DNA of 59,238 bases, taken from IMG/VR virus record IMGVR_UViG_3300037067_011443. One strand, written 5' to 3'. Under the pieces are notes generated by a model. That model saw nothing but the letters and a program-made list of their open reading frames with translations. It was not told where the DNA came from and ran no database searches. Of this stretch, positions 24,185-38,475 are shown in pieces; the stretch's first letter is position 1, and every line of letters starts with the position of its first letter. Source of the DNA: an uncultured virus (IMG/VR IMGVR_UViG_3300037067_011443) (taxonomy: Duplodnaviria; Heunggongvirae; Uroviricota; Caudoviricetes). Position numbers and translations under genes: made by a program.

Positions 24185-27100
24185 GGAGCTGATATTATGG
24201 TTTGTTCATGTTGTGGTCAAGTTATAAAAGAAAATAAGGTACATAAAGAAATTATTCATCCAAAACAAACAAATATAATTGAAAAATGGTTATATAATAC
24301 TAATAAAATAATATGGGAATATAGTAATATGTATTTTAAAAGAATTGCATGGCAACATCCTTTAGATATTGCAAAAACAGAAATAAAAATAAATAATTTT
24401 TATTGTGCTGTAAGAGTTCACGTAATAAATGAAAATATTAATGGCAGAATATACATTAGAACTATTATAAATGAACGTAAAAAATGCTTAGAAACGATTG
24501 AATTAGATGGTATAAATGATATAACAACTGATAAAATATGGGATATGATTAATGATTGTATTATAAATTATAGAAATGTTTTATGTGGCAATTAACAAAA
24601 TTTAAAGGAGATGAATTTTTTATGTTTGATAAGATAGAAAAAGTTAAAGTAATAAGATTAAAAATAGATACATATTTAGGCTTATGGAATCAGACAGTAT
24701 CATTAAAAGGTTTGATTGGAAAAGAAGGAATTGTAATTAATATATGGGAATCAAAAAATTACTCAATTGAATTTGAAGATAATGAAGCACAATGGATAAG
24801 AGACCAAACAGGAATACTTATTCCACATGATTATTTAGAATTGGTTACAGATGATATATATTTACAAACACTTTTAAACAAATTCAATCAATATAATAAG
24901 GGACATCGAGATAATTTTGTACATGAGTATTATAATGATATAGAAAATTTACTTAAAAAGTATAATATTAATTTTTAAGCATTATAAAAATAATTTGTAT
25001 TTACTATTGTATGTTAGAATAATATTTGGTATAATATAGTAAAGAGATGAAAGGGTTTTGACTTATGAAAACATTTATTAAGTATAAAGGAACAGAAAAC
25101 TTAAACGGTACTTTTGTAACAGACGATTTAACTATTAATTTAATGTATGAACTTATTAAAATTTCTCCAAAAGGGGCTGTCGTATTTATTATAAATGACA
25201 AAGGTATAGAAGAATCATATTCTTCACAACTATTTGAATAGTAATTAGGAGGGGTTTAATTATGAAACCAGTTAAAGAAGTTAAAATTTTTACTGAAGGT
25301 ATATGGAATATGGCTGAAGTTATTACTGATGATGGAATGGTTAAAGGGAATTGGAATGAGTTAAATTTTAGAAATGAAGTGTTAGGTGCTAATAATGGCT
25401 GTACTCATTTTAATGACCAAAGAAATGATGCTTATTTTAATTATGGTTATTATTAAATAAATTATAACAGGAGGATATATTTATGAGAAAAGAAACTGCA
25501 ATTTCAAACGGTTTTGTTTCGATAGGGAGTATTGATAAGAATATAGAATGTTTGTGTAAACTTGATACAGTTGATGGAGAACAATTTGTTAAGTACATGC
25601 ATTTTCTTGAAGATGGAAATTCAATAAGTGGAGTTCAAATTGTAACAATAAATGAATTAAATATATTTGGAAAGATGAGAGATGTATTACTAAAATTATA
25701 ACAATATGGCTACTAATAGCTAGAGGGAGATTATTATGACTACAATGTTTTTATTTAATAGAATGTTAGCACCACATATAGATGGAACTATGATGAAATT
25801 ACCTGAAGATTTTGACAATTATAATCCAGAAGAATTTCCACATTTTCATGTATTTTTATTGTTGCATATAGCAACACCTATAAATCCTGCTGAATTGAAA
25901 GAAAATGCAGATATAATAGCTAGAATTAGCAATGAAGATATTAAAGAAGTTACGCTTGAACAACTAGTAGAAAAAGGATTATGGATAGAGAATAATTCTG
26001 TTTTAGTGTAATAATTCATATAGTGAATAGAATGAAAATTTGATGGTATTGGAGGGATAAGAATATGTTGGAAGAAAAAGATTTGGAAAAAATGATTGAA
26101 GAATATTTAATTACTAATTTAAGAATTGATAAAAAAGAATTTGGTAGTAATTATGGTTCAAGACCATATATCGAAATTCAATTAAAACTTGGAGAAAAGG
26201 AAATCTCAAGTATATATGTTGATTTATAATAACAGCATGAATACATGATTTGGTCATGATAAGGAGGAAATATATGAAAAAATATATTAGTTGGATTTTT
26301 GATAATTGGTACGGTTTATTATCAATTGGTTTTGGTATTTATCTAATGTTCACAAAAGAATGGAAAACTGGTGGACTATATTTATTTTTCTGTGGTTTCT
26401 TTATGATTACAAGAACTAAAATAAATAAATTAGAATATAGAATAAAAGAGTTAGAAGATAAAATGAGATGAAATGAGATGAAATAGTGGTTTTAAGTGGT
26501 TATTTAAATTGGAAAAGGAGGTAATTTTAAATGATATTAAACACAGGAAAGAAGACTAAAAAAGGTCAAGAAATTAAAGTAGGTGATATTATTAAAGGTA
26601 GTAGCACTCACCCTAGTGTAGTATGTATAAATACTAAATATCCATATATGGGCGAATATGTAACAGTATTAATCGATTATGAAACTATTCAAGATATTAT
26701 GGGAGAAGAACGAAAGTATAGATTAAAAGAAGGATTCACATTCCCACTTGATGAAATGATTAATTCTTGGAGTGATTTAGAGGTTATAGGGAATATAATA
26801 ATACAATGATATTTGATTGAAACAGTAGTTCCATTTAGTTATTAAATATGCTAAAATTAAGTTAAATAATAATTAATGGAGTATGCTTAATGTTAATAAC
26901 GAATCCAACAATTAAAGGTAATAAAGCGTATTTAATTTGTTTCACATATATGAAAATTAAAACAAGTGAAAGAAAGCATGAATTTATCATTATTCATGCA
27001 AATGATATTAAACAAGCTAAAGAATTTTTCTATAAGATGTTTATAGAAGAATATTGGATGTTTCAGATTATTGCTATAAAATTAATGTCTGAAATTATTG

Positions 27101-28803
27101 ATATAAAGGAATTTTACAGGTTAAAGAGAAGTGAGAAAACAAAAAATTAGAATTAAACATATATTTATTTACACCTAAAGATATTAAAATAATTTATATA
27201 AAACACTTGATATATTATATTAATAATGATATAATATATTATAAAATAAATTGAGAGAAGGTATTACATATGTTATTAACAAATTTTTTTGATTGGGATT
27301 TACCTATATATAAAGAAGCAACAAAAGTATATGGAGATAAAACATTATACATAGATAAGAATGCATATGGTAGAAATGGTGTAAAATTAGAAGGTCAATA
27401 TGCTTTAAGAACTAATATGAGCAAAGATAGGTCTGACTTTTGGGAATTATTCCGTAGTATTCAAAAAAAGAAGGGAAATTATATTCATTTAAATGATAAA
27501 AAAGGTCAACCAATTTTTGAGAATAGTGTTATAGGATTAAGATTATTAGATTCTAGCGTTTATACTGACAAAGTTAGACCACAATATAATTTAGAAAATC
27601 ATTGTTATGAATTTATTTCAATTATTAATAAAAGTACTTTTAAACCAAATGAATATAATAAATATTTATGTATTGATGATTTATATGGTTGGGGTAGTAC
27701 ATTTGAAGTAATTGAATAACAAAATAAAGAAAGGTTTCATAACATATTAAAATAAGTGGAGGAATAACTATGAGCGTTATAAGAAAACAAATAATTGAAA
27801 TGATTGAAAATCAAGTTGATAATAATATAATAATGAGTACATTACTTCTTAATTATACATATGAAGATTTATTTATGGAGTTAAAGGACGATGGAGAAGA
27901 ATTAGTTGAAAGTATAGTAACTTATAAAGAAGATGTAATGTCTACTTCAGAATGGTTTCTAAGTGCTTTGAGCTTATTAAAGAAGCAAGTAGATTCTAAT
28001 AATGAATATTTTAAAGACATTTCTAAGCATGATATAATATGTAGTAGACAACATTTTATGAATGAGCATGTTAAATTGTCTAATGAATTATATCATCTTA
28101 AAAAGGATTTTGAACAGCTTGAAATGGATAAGCGAGATTTACAGCTTAAACTGGTAAAGTCTAGGGATTGTTTAAAATGTTATGGTTGTAAAGATGATAC
28201 TTGTATTAATAACATTTGGTATAACAGGGAGAAGGTGTCTATATGAACAATTTAGAATTATTACAGCAAGAAAACGACCAATTAAAAGTTAGATTAGCAG
28301 ATATTGTATTTTATGCAAAAGGCATTATAAGAGATAGTAATGAGAGAGATAAGGTTTTTATACAAGCTGAAGATATTATAACCGTATGTGGCAACGTAGG
28401 CGAAATTAGGTCACAATATTTAGTAACTGAATTAAAGAGATTAAAAAGACAAATATCAGAACAGAGTGATATTATTAATAGTTATAGAAATAATTGTGAG
28501 GTAGAATAATGAAAGGTTTAACAATGGCTTCTGTAAATGGAAATGAAATAGATAAAACAGTTCGTTGCCAATTTTGTGGTAGAGAAATGCGTCAAGGTAG
28601 TAGTCGTTTAGGTTCTGGTGTTAACACTTTGAGTTATTGGTGTGAATGTGGAACAGCAGCAATGTTTTCACACAGTTATGAAAAGAAAATAAAAGAGATA
28701 GAAAGTACATTTAAATTTGAAGATTGATACCAATGATAGATTTCAAAACGATATAAGTTTATGGTATAATTATTTCAAAATACAATTTTAAGGTGGTTTT
28801 ACT

Positions 28804-29121
28804 ATGTTAGGAAATAATATCAAACAACTTAGAAATGATTCTAATTTAACTATTAGAGAGATATCTAAAAAAATGGGAATTAATCATTCTACTTATGGTA
28901 TGTATGAAACTTGCAGAAGAGAACCAGATTTTAAAACATTATGTAAGATAGCTGATTACTTTAATGTAACTACTGATATGCTACTAGATAGGACACAACT
29001 ATCACAAGAAAATAATTTTGAGTATATAGAAGTATTTAAGAAAGCAAAAAAACTTAATATTACTGCTTTTGAACTTGAAACATTTATAAATATGTTAGTT
29101 AGATTAAAGTTTAAAAAATAA
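28804..29121 (+). CDS. XRE-family transcriptional regulator
   Basis: IKQLR...TYGMYETCRREPDFKTLCKIADYFNVTTDMLL. Confidence 0.9.
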   Translation: MLGNNIKQLRNDSNLTIREISKKMGINHSTYGMYETCRREPDFKTLCKIADYFNVTTDMLLDRTQLSQENNFEYIEVFKKAKKLNITAFELETFINMLVRLKFKK

Positions 29122-30406
29122 AAAATTGAGGTGACATTATGGAAAAACAATTAACTAACAAATGGAAAGAACATATAAGAAAAATGGTTGAATATTCTAA
29201 AAAAGCAAATAAATTAAAAGATGAGTTAGATGAATATTTAATTAGTAAAGGATTTACTAGTGAAATATATGAAACAACAATGTTTGAGGACAGTATTATT
29301 GATTGTATGATACAACAAGGGGATTGGGAAGATTTAATTGATGAAATAGAATTAGAAATGAATGAGTTAAGAGATGAAAAGTTTGAAATAATTGCACAAG
29401 AAAGAATCAGACAGAATCAGAAACATAATATTCAAAATATAGATGAAGGATTAAATGGTTGGTTATCTCCTTTAGGTATATTTTATCAATGTTCTCAATT
29501 TGATTTTGACAATTATTATAGAACATTACTATTACTAATTAAAGAAAACAAATATGGAGATTTAGTTGAAGAAGATTTACTTTATGATAATGGTTGGATT
29601 AATTTTATTAGTAGTAAAAGAAATAACGAGGAATATGTGTTTTTTAAACCAATGGGTAATCTTAATCTGAGAGTGACTACCGAACAAGTTGAATTCATTA
29701 ATCAAAATTTTAATGATTTAACTTCAGAACAACAAGCTATGGCAAAAGTAATTATAACTGATTATATTTAATTTGCTATAGAAACGATATTTTATCAACA
29801 TTTTGGAAGGGAATTAGTATGCAGATAAAAATTAAGAAAAGAACTCCATATAGAAGAGATATTGAAAGAGAAATTAAAATTGGAGAAATTCATGATATTA
29901 CAGAAATAAGACCTAAGAACGGAAATTTGCAATCCAAAGCATATTTCTTTATGGTTGATGGTAGAGAAAGAATAGTACTAGATAGTGATTGTGTAGTAAT
30001 ATAGAATAGGAGTTATTTTAAATATGGCAGATTTAAATATATATTATCACAAACAAACAAATTCATGGTGGATTAATAAAGAAATGGATGGGTTTACTTT
30101 CAAAAATTATGTTATCGAAAATCCTGTTGGTCTAGGTAGAATTGAAATGAATACTAATAATAAGTTAGAAATTACAGATTTATATGAAATTGATTCAGCT
30201 TTTATACCAAGTCATATAAAAAAGTTAAATGGTATTACAGAAGAAATAGAGGAAAATGGATTAGAGAATGCTGTAAAAGTTTCAGATAAAGAGTTAAAAG
30301 ATTTGCTAAAATAGTTTATAGAATGGTTATTTGGTTTTGTTTTTATAAAACTATATGGAATAAATTACAATGTTAATGTATTATTAATATGAAAGGGATT
30401 AAAAAT

Positions 30407-30700
30407 ATGTTTTTATATGTGGATGATATAAGAAATCCTATATCAAATAGTTGGAATGTTGCAAGAAATTACAGAGAAGCTATTACTTTAATTGAAAATA
30501 ATAATATACAATTTCTTTCTCTTGACCATGATTTAGGAGAAAGGAAAACTGGATATGATATTGCTAAATTTATCGTTGAAAAAGGTATTGAGATAAAACA
30601 AATTAATATTCATTCTGCTAATCCTGTTGGTAGAGATAATATTATACAATTGATTAAGCATTATTTTCCTAATACTGTTGTAACATGCGATAAAATATAA
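30407..30700 (+). CDS. cyclic-phosphate-processing receiver domain protein
   Basis: LYVDDIR, SLDHDLG, TGYD and IHSANPVG motifs. Confidence 0.8.
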   Translation: MFLYVDDIRNPISNSWNVARNYREAITLIENNNIQFLSLDHDLGERKTGYDIAKFIVEKGIEIKQINIHSANPVGRDNIIQLIKHYFPNTVVTCDKI

Positions 30701-30744
30701 TATAGCTTAAAATGCGAGTTTTATGATTTTTGGAGGTTTGAGTT

Positions 30745-31141
30745 ATGAAGGTTAAAGGTTTAAAAAACGAGTCTATAAAACATAATATGGCTTTTTCATG
30801 GTCAGGAATTATCAATACTAAGTTAAAAGAAAACATTGAAAAAGATGATTTTAGACATAAAAATAAAAGTAATGATTGCTTAGATATTAGATTATCAGGT
30901 AGCTTTGAAAGTAAAAAATAATGAACCAATTGTGAATTTTAAGCTAATTGGAGATGGTTATATGAAAACATTTAGAGATGAATATCTAAAATTAACAAAT
31001 TGTGTATATGGAGAAGTAATAGCCATTGACCAACTTGATAATGGAACTATTGTAAAACAAATAAATGATTATTTAGATATTCATGATAATAAATTTTCTA
31101 TTGAGCTATTGATGTTTCCAAATTGGGCAACAAAAAAATAA
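30745..31141 (+). pseudogene. hypothetical gene split by a +1 frameshift in an A6 run
   Basis: ATG at 30745 after GGAGG; frame stops at 30919-30921. Deleting one A from 30913-30918 joins it to the 30905..31141 frame. Confidence 0.6.
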
Positions 31142-33264
31142 AGTATACAAAATTGGAAATGATTATTATACTCATATTAGAATTAAAAAGTGATAGAAGA
31201 CGGATTTGATGTTATAAGGGAGAAATATTATGATTACAGGTTTAGAAATTAATAGTTTGAGTAAAGAAAAACTTGAAATGCTTGAACTAACAAAGAATAC
31301 AATAGTATTGTTTAATAGTTTTGAGTTAAAAAATAAGTTTGTACAAGAATTTTCAAAAATACAAAATGATGAAACAAATAGTGATGATAATAGTATTTGT
31401 TATTGTACTATAATTGATGATGATAAGGCTTCAGAACAAGACCATAAAGCTGATATAAAGACTAATATAATTTATATGCCTACATCTATTTTTACGGTTG
31501 ATAATGAACAGAGGTTTGTATTTACAACAGAAGCTCCATTTGTTTTACAATGTAATAATCCATATGATTTATGGTTTTGCGATACTAATAATGAAAATGA
31601 AATACAGTTGTATTCTTTAGTTGGATTTAAGGGATATAAAGAAGCATGGGGAGATGGTGTTGATAATATATATAAGAATGTAATAAATGGTAGATATGGC
31701 TGTTATGAAGGATATGGTAGATAATAGTATAGAAGATGCATTTTATGATATTAATGGAGGTATATAAAATGAAACTAAGCCCTTTAAACGAACAAATGTT
31801 AAGACAATCATATCATACTTATAGAATAGGGTTTTATCTTGATAAAAGTGATATTCTCGACTTATCAGAGCCTATGAGTTTTGAAGAGTATATTAAAGAT
31901 ATTATTTAATAATACTGTTAATAAAATAAATTTAAATAATTATTGACTTGGTATTTATAAGATGCTATAATATATTTAAGGTAATAAATTACATATTAAA
32001 GGAGTGTTGAGAGATGAAAAGAGATTATATTAGAGAATTTGTAGACATTGACGGAAGAATGATACCTTATAGAATTTTTACTGCTACAGTTTATCTTGAA
32101 GAAAAAGGTTATTTGGAAGAAGAAATAGAAAAGATGTTTGAGGAACAATATGAAATGTGTCAAACATTAAATCAGATAATTGCTTTAAAACAATCATGTT
32201 ATTTATTAAGACATACATCATATAGTTGTAATAGTTTATCAGAAAATTTATTTAGTTTAAAACTAAGATTAATAAAAGAATTAAAGGATAAATACAATTT
32301 TGAATTTAATGAAGACTTAATGGAAAACGATGGAACAGATTATTTAGGATGAGATAGATGAGTGATTTTATGTACAAGTGAAAGGAAGTATAAATAAATG
32401 AATCAAAATGATTATGATAAAATTGTCGATGAAATTTGTAAAAAAGTAGTAGAAAAAAAGTATGAATGTAGAATCTTAATTAATTGTGAACATAAGAGAT
32501 GGAGTTGGGAGAATAGTTGTAATCTTTGTGGAATAAAAAATATGGATTGTATTCATATTAAAAAATAGCATAAAAATATAGTTTCATAATAAAAAGGAGG
32601 ATGGTAAAAATGAACGATAACACATTCTTAGTAACATTTCATGATAATGAATTAGGTTGCTATTCTTACAACTGGTATAAAACAGAAGAAGAAATGAGAG
32701 AAGATATAGATAAGCATCCAGAGTGGTCAGATTTTGAAGCAGGAGAAATATTAAGAGTTAGAGAAATTGAAATATAGTTTGTTCAAAACGAAGAATTTAT
32801 AACATAATGGGAGGTTTATTGTGATAACAGAACAAGATAGAATTAATATGTATGGAAATATGACTGAAGAAGAAATTAATTTAGTTTATAAACAGCAAGG
32901 TAATTATAGAGGTTGGATTTGTGCTTTTATTGGTGATGGTTCGGTGATTATGCAGAAGAAAAACCATGAAATAAGAGCACATAGAGGATGGGAATTTAAA
33001 AATTGGATTCCTGAATGTTGGATAGAGTTAAAAGAAAGAATTGATAAATTGGAAAATTGACACAGAATTTTAATTAGATGCAGATAGGAGATGTATTTAT
33101 GGGGAATGAAACTTCAATAAAAAATAATAATGAAGAATTAGACATTAAATTGACAAAAGCAGAGATATTTAAAATACAAACTGCATTACTATATTGGAAA
33201 TCAACTAAAAATAATGGATATGAGCCATTGTACATTAAAATTGCAAATCAAACAAAAATTTGTT

Positions 33265-34559
33265 AAATCGTAATTTGATTATTAACCGCCGAAGAGGCAG
33301 GAGGAAAAAGTATGGAAACGACACATATAGTTGTTAAAAAGGCTGACATAGAAAAATATTGTACTGAGAAACAGAAGGAGCAATTAGAGGAAATACTTAC
33401 AAGTGTAATGAAAGGCAGAACCCAAGAAGGGAAAATTGGAGTAAACCATTATTGTATATGCAATATGGATGAACCATATGCACAGACAGTGTTAAGCATC
33501 CTTCGTTATGAAGAAGCTACAGGCGAAAAGTTTGGAGGCATTGAAATTAGAAGTTCGGAACAGCAAGAAGCACATGAGAGTAGAATGAGATATAGCTCAG
33601 ACGATAATTTCTTTGATGAGGAGTATAGTTGAAATCGTGATATAAGAATAATAGGCATCATAAGTCGATTACGAACGAGAGGAGGTTAGTAAATGTACGA
33701 TAGAGAACAAATTTATGACGAAAAAATCAGTCCTTTGATGACAGAAATAATTAAAATTTGCAAAGAAAATGACATTAAAATGGTTGCAGACTTTTATTTA
33801 AGGGAACCAACGGAAGAAGAAAACGAATTTCACTGCACAACTGCTATAAACGTTGGCGAGAATACAAGCGAAAGACTAAAAGATTTAATCAGAGTTATTT
33901 ATAATGGATACGTGGTACAAAAACCTTATTATTCTGCAATGACAATAACAAAAGGTTAGTCGCAATATTATTAGAAAGTGAGGTGCATAATTATGGTGAA
34001 AACAAAGGAAAAGACAAAATGCCCATATTTTGAAGCATTATTCGGTTATCCAAAAAGATATGGAATAACATGCTGGATTCCAGAAGAAGAAAAATGTACA
34101 GGGTTGGATTTTCCTAAACATGCTAAAGATAAAAGAGATAAGCATTTTAAAGATATTTGCTGTGGAAACATTTTCTATATGTGCAGTTGTTATCCTGTCA
34201 AATACCCTAATGGATGGCTGCATCCAGAGGGAAAGTTTTTTCAAACACCCTATTGCCAACATGGACAAGTAGCTATGTGGTTAGAAGAAAAGTTGGAGCT
34301 AAAACCACAATTTAACGACTATGAAACTATTGTTCATGGCGAAGAGCTGCTAGAAGTTCTTGGATGGATAAAAATATATTCAAGTCCTTCAGGAACGGAT
34401 GGACACATATTTATGTCAGGCAGAATAGGAAGAAGAGAAAGAATAACTGGTAAGCAAGTTGTATATCTGGAAAGTATAAAAGACAAAATGATTGGTTCAC
34501 AACTAAAAGATTACACTAATCTAATTGGAAGGTGTGAAACAGCTTAAATCGTGATATAA
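33265..34559 (+). repeat. second gene-boundary motif (AAATCGTGATATAA and variants)
   Basis: Exact 14-mer at 33632 and 34546; variants at 33265, 33957 and 51243. The four copies in this span overlap a stop codon; 51243 lies just after one. Confidence 0.6.
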
Positions 34560-34610
34560 ATAGAAGATGTATTAATTTATTTATTTTTATTAATATAAAA
34601 GGAGCGATAC

Positions 34611-34865
34611 ATAATAAAATGTCAAAATTGCAATTCAGCAGAATATATAGATGGGTTAGATACTTGTATAGAATATGGAGTTAAGCACAGAATTTATATA
34701 TGTCTAACGTGCAATGATATTCATACTGAGCCTATTTTAAGTAATCACAAACACGACAGACTTAATAAGACTAAATTTAGCGAATGTACGGCTGTCCTAG
34801 CCACTATATGTATTATATTCTATATTGTTTCTTACTTAGATAGATTCACAACTATATATCGTTAA
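34611..34865 (+). CDS. zinc-ribbon protein with hydrophobic C-terminus, ATA start
   Basis: AGGAG RBS then ATA ATA AAA TGT CAA AAT TGC; CxxC...CxxC; open for 84 codons. Not in the ORF track. Confidence 0.45.
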   Translation: MIKCQNCNSAEYIDGLDTCIEYGVKHRIYICLTCNDIHTEPILSNHKHDRLNKTKFSECTAVLATICIIFYIVSYLDRFTTIYR

Positions 34866-34945
34866 CTATTAATAATATAATTATTGCATATTTGGTAAAT
34901 GTGTGCTATGATTATATTATTCTATTTTTGGAGGTAATTACATAT

Positions 34946-35851
34946 ATGATTAGAAATATTGGTTTCTGTTGTATGTCAAAAAAATGTAATACATATTATA
35001 AAACTTTTAGGTTAGCATCATTTAGTGAACAACGGCTATATTCAACAGTTATACATAATGTACAAGAAACAGAACGTACTATTAAACAATGTATATTAGC
35101 TGACTGCTATATGTTTAGACTAAGCTCTGATTTAGTACCATTTGCAAGTCATGAGGTTATTAAGGGTATAAATTATATTAATTGGATTAATTTAGATTTG
35201 AAACGTATTGGTAAATTAGCAAAGGATAATAATATAAGATTGAGTATGCATCCATCTCAAATGTGTGTATTAAGTTCACCTAGTCAAAATGTGGTTAAAA
35301 ATTCAGTTAAAGATTTAATATATCATTACAATATACTTAATACAATGAGTATAAAAGGCGATATCGTCATTCACACTGGTGGAGTATATAGAGATAAGGT
35401 TTCTGCAATGAAAAGGTTTATAAAGATATTTAAGAAGCTACCAGAGCCATTACAAAATAGTATAGTGTTAGAAAATGATGATAAGTCATATACTATTAAT
35501 GATGTAATGAAAATATATGAGTATACTGGTTTGAAAATTGTACTTGATTTGCATCATCACTACTGTAATAATAATGGTTCTAAATTAGATATTAAGAGTG
35601 TATTTAATACTTGGATTCAAACTAATAGTATTCCTAAAATACATATTAGCAGTCCTAAGAGTTCACAAGAGTTTCGTAGTCATGCTGATATGATTGATTT
35701 TAAGTATGTAAAAAAGTTTATTGACAAAAATGATAATAAATATTTATATGATATTATGATTGAAGCAAAGTCTAAAGATTTGGCAGTAGAGCAATTTAAA
35801 ATTGATTATAAGAATAATAAAATAAATTTTGATAAATGTATTGCAATTTAA
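34946..35851 (+). CDS. uvsE: UV DNA damage endonuclease UvsE
   Basis: FRLSSDLVPFASH, RLSMHP, IHTGG, LENDD, LDLHHH, KIHISSP, HAD and MIEAK.KD motifs. Confidence 0.93.
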   Translation: MIRNIGFCCMSKKCNTYYKTFRLASFSEQRLYSTVIHNVQETERTIKQCILADCYMFRLSSDLVPFASHEVIKGINYINWINLDLKRIGKLAKDNNIRLSMHPSQMCVLSSPSQNVVKNSVKDLIYHYNILNTMSIKGDIVIHTGGVYRDKVSAMKRFIKIFKKLPEPLQNSIVLENDDKSYTINDVMKIYEYTGLKIVLDLHHHYCNNNGSKLDIKSVFNTWIQTNSIPKIHISSPKSSQEFRSHADMIDFKYVKKFIDKNDNKYLYDIMIEAKSKDLAVEQFKIDYKNNKINFDKCIAI

Positions 35852-38027
35852 AATCAAGTATGATAATATGTATTCATAAAATAAATTAAAGATTGGAGTA
35901 CATAATGATTAAATATTTAAATATTTTAAGGAATTATTTCATAGACCAAAATTAGTTTTTACAGATAGAGTAGATGGAATCTATATTACATTTGAGTAAG
36001 GAGTTAAAATTATTATATGTACATAACAAGAGATGATAGCAAGTCACCAGTACAAGATTTTTTAGATAATGTAACTCTAAAGTTAAACAGTAAGTTGTTA
36101 GCTGAGGCTGAAGAAAAGAATGGTATAGTAGTTGGATGGAATATAATACAAATTAAAATAAAATAACAGAAGAAGATATTTCATAAAAATATTAATTTGA
36201 AATTACTTAGAATATTTAGTATAATATACAAAACCAAAAAAGAGAGAAGGTTTATTTATGGTTGATTTTAGAAATATTTATAAAGATGTAATAAATAAAA
36301 TATATAATAATAAAACAAATTTAAAGTTAATAGAAGAATTTGATTCTAATGATTTAATTCAATCTGGATTAAATCAAATGAATTACATGGATTCTTTATC
36401 TTTTATAGAACAAATTATATGTTATAATAATATTTTAATTTTATTAACTACTTATGGACAATATTCTTTAACTAAAAGATATAATTATTCATCTTTATTA
36501 AATATAGATTGTATAAATGATGAAGATTGGGAAATTGGTTATGATGATTTTGAACAAGATGTAGAAAATAAATATATTTATGTTAGCACATATATACGTA
36601 ATATAGAACTTAATGGTTGGTGTCATTTAAAAATATTATCAAATGAGTTTGTAAAATATTTAGATGATGGTGGAGATATTACTATTTCAGAAGCAATGTT
36701 GAAACCTAAAACTAGAGCAAATGCTAAAGATATAAATATTTCAAAATTCTGTGAACATGTTTATGAATATTGGGATGTTTTTAAAAATTGGATAGTTCCA
36801 GATTATATGGAGGAATTACCTAATGATTGGGATAATTATAGTTTTATGAAAATCAAATTTATAATTAATAGAATGATGCAAATAGAATAACATGATAGAA
36901 TACTTGTTTCGTAGAAAGTGTAAAAATGGAGGACAAAATGAAAGGAATTAAAATATCAGAAAGTGATAGATGTCATGGATGTTTTTTATCTCCTAGATGG
37001 TTTGTAAAGATTATAGATGGATATTATAGATGTCCAGAGTGTAAAACACTATATAACAAGGTACATAACGGAATATATAAAGTAGTCGAAACGAAATAAG
37101 TGTTTTAACTTAATAAAAAAGGAGAATAATTATATGGATATATTAACTCAAGTACTAGATAAAATAGAAAAAACAATTGAAGTAGGTAGTATGCTGAATT
37201 TATTTGAGGTAGGTTTAGCCTTAAAGGTATTAGAAGATAGACTTTGGAGTATTGATGACACTTTAGCTCAAAGATGTAATAATTTGCAACACAAGATTTT
37301 TGGCGAATAAATAAAGAGGTGATAAAAATGAAAAAGATATTAGGTATTATGTTAGGAATTTGTATAGTAATAGGTTCAGCATATATGAGTTATATGTTAG
37401 GAAGTAAAATTATAGCTGATTATTATTTATATGGCACATTAGGAGTTGTTATAAGTTTTATAGTAGGTGTGATATTATTTAGCATAGTAATAGCTATTGT
37501 GTCAATAATTTTAAGAAAAATAAATATAAAAATAACTTAGAATTCTGAATCTATCCACTATTAAAATAAGTTTAAGGAGGCTAATTTATGATAAGAGACC
37601 CTATGTTAACCCAACAGGCAATATACATGTATAGAACATATCTATTATCCTTTAGTATGGATGATATTATAGATTGTAAAATATTATCTTTTGATGATTG
37701 GGTAATTAAAAATAAGATATTTGAAGAATATTGGAATAAGTGAAGGGAGATAAATTGATGAGAATTGAATTAAATATACAATCAGATAATCATAATTTAT
37801 ATTGTGAAAATAAAATACTTTTTTTTGAATTTTTTAATGATGGAGGAATTCGTGAAAATCATGTTTGGATAAATATAGATGGTAGAGAAGTTTCTGTAAA
37901 TAAAGATGAGTTAAAGAAAGTATTATCAATTCTTTAATAAGAAACAAAAACAAAATGTTATAAAAATCCTATTCCATAGTGTTTTATTAATAAAATAAAA
38001 TTATATAAGAAAGGCTGTGTAGTTAAA

Positions 38028-38462
38028 ATGTGTAAAGCTAAAAATTATTTAAATCAAATGCAAGAAATAATACATAATATTGATGAGGATTTTCAGTTTT
38101 ATAAAGCTGAAGAATATAAATTAAATTGTTTACAATCTGATTATCTTCATGCAATTGAAGCTACTGACAAGTTTAGTGCTTGCGAAGGATATAAATTAAC
38201 CAAAGAATTGCATAATTTAAGAGTTGAACGAAGAAATGTTAAAAATGAATTATATGCAATAGAACAATTTAGAGGAATGCTAGGTAACTTTAAAAAATCA
38301 ATATTATCTTATTCAGGAACATTAGAGAAAGTATTAGAAGCACAAACCAATGCAGTATATGAACCAAAATGTACTGAAAGTAAATCTATATATGAATTTG
38401 AAAAAATGATTAAAAACTTCAGAAATAAAAATGCAATGCAGAAAAAATATAAATATATGTAA
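38028..38462 (+). CDS. conserved phage-type coiled-coil hypothetical protein
   Basis: LHAIE...EGYKL...LRVERRNVKNE...YEP pattern. Confidence 0.6.
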   Translation: MCKAKNYLNQMQEIIHNIDEDFQFYKAEEYKLNCLQSDYLHAIEATDKFSACEGYKLTKELHNLRVERRNVKNELYAIEQFRGMLGNFKKSILSYSGTLEKVLEAQTNAVYEPKCTESKSIYEFEKMIKNFRNKNAMQKKYKYM

Positions 38463-38475
38463 AGGAGAAAATAAA

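Noticed and set aside
26461..26483. 10-bp tandem duplication AAATGAGATG at a cassette boundary as a target-site duplication
   Set aside because: Single instance with no transposase; could be simple slippage.
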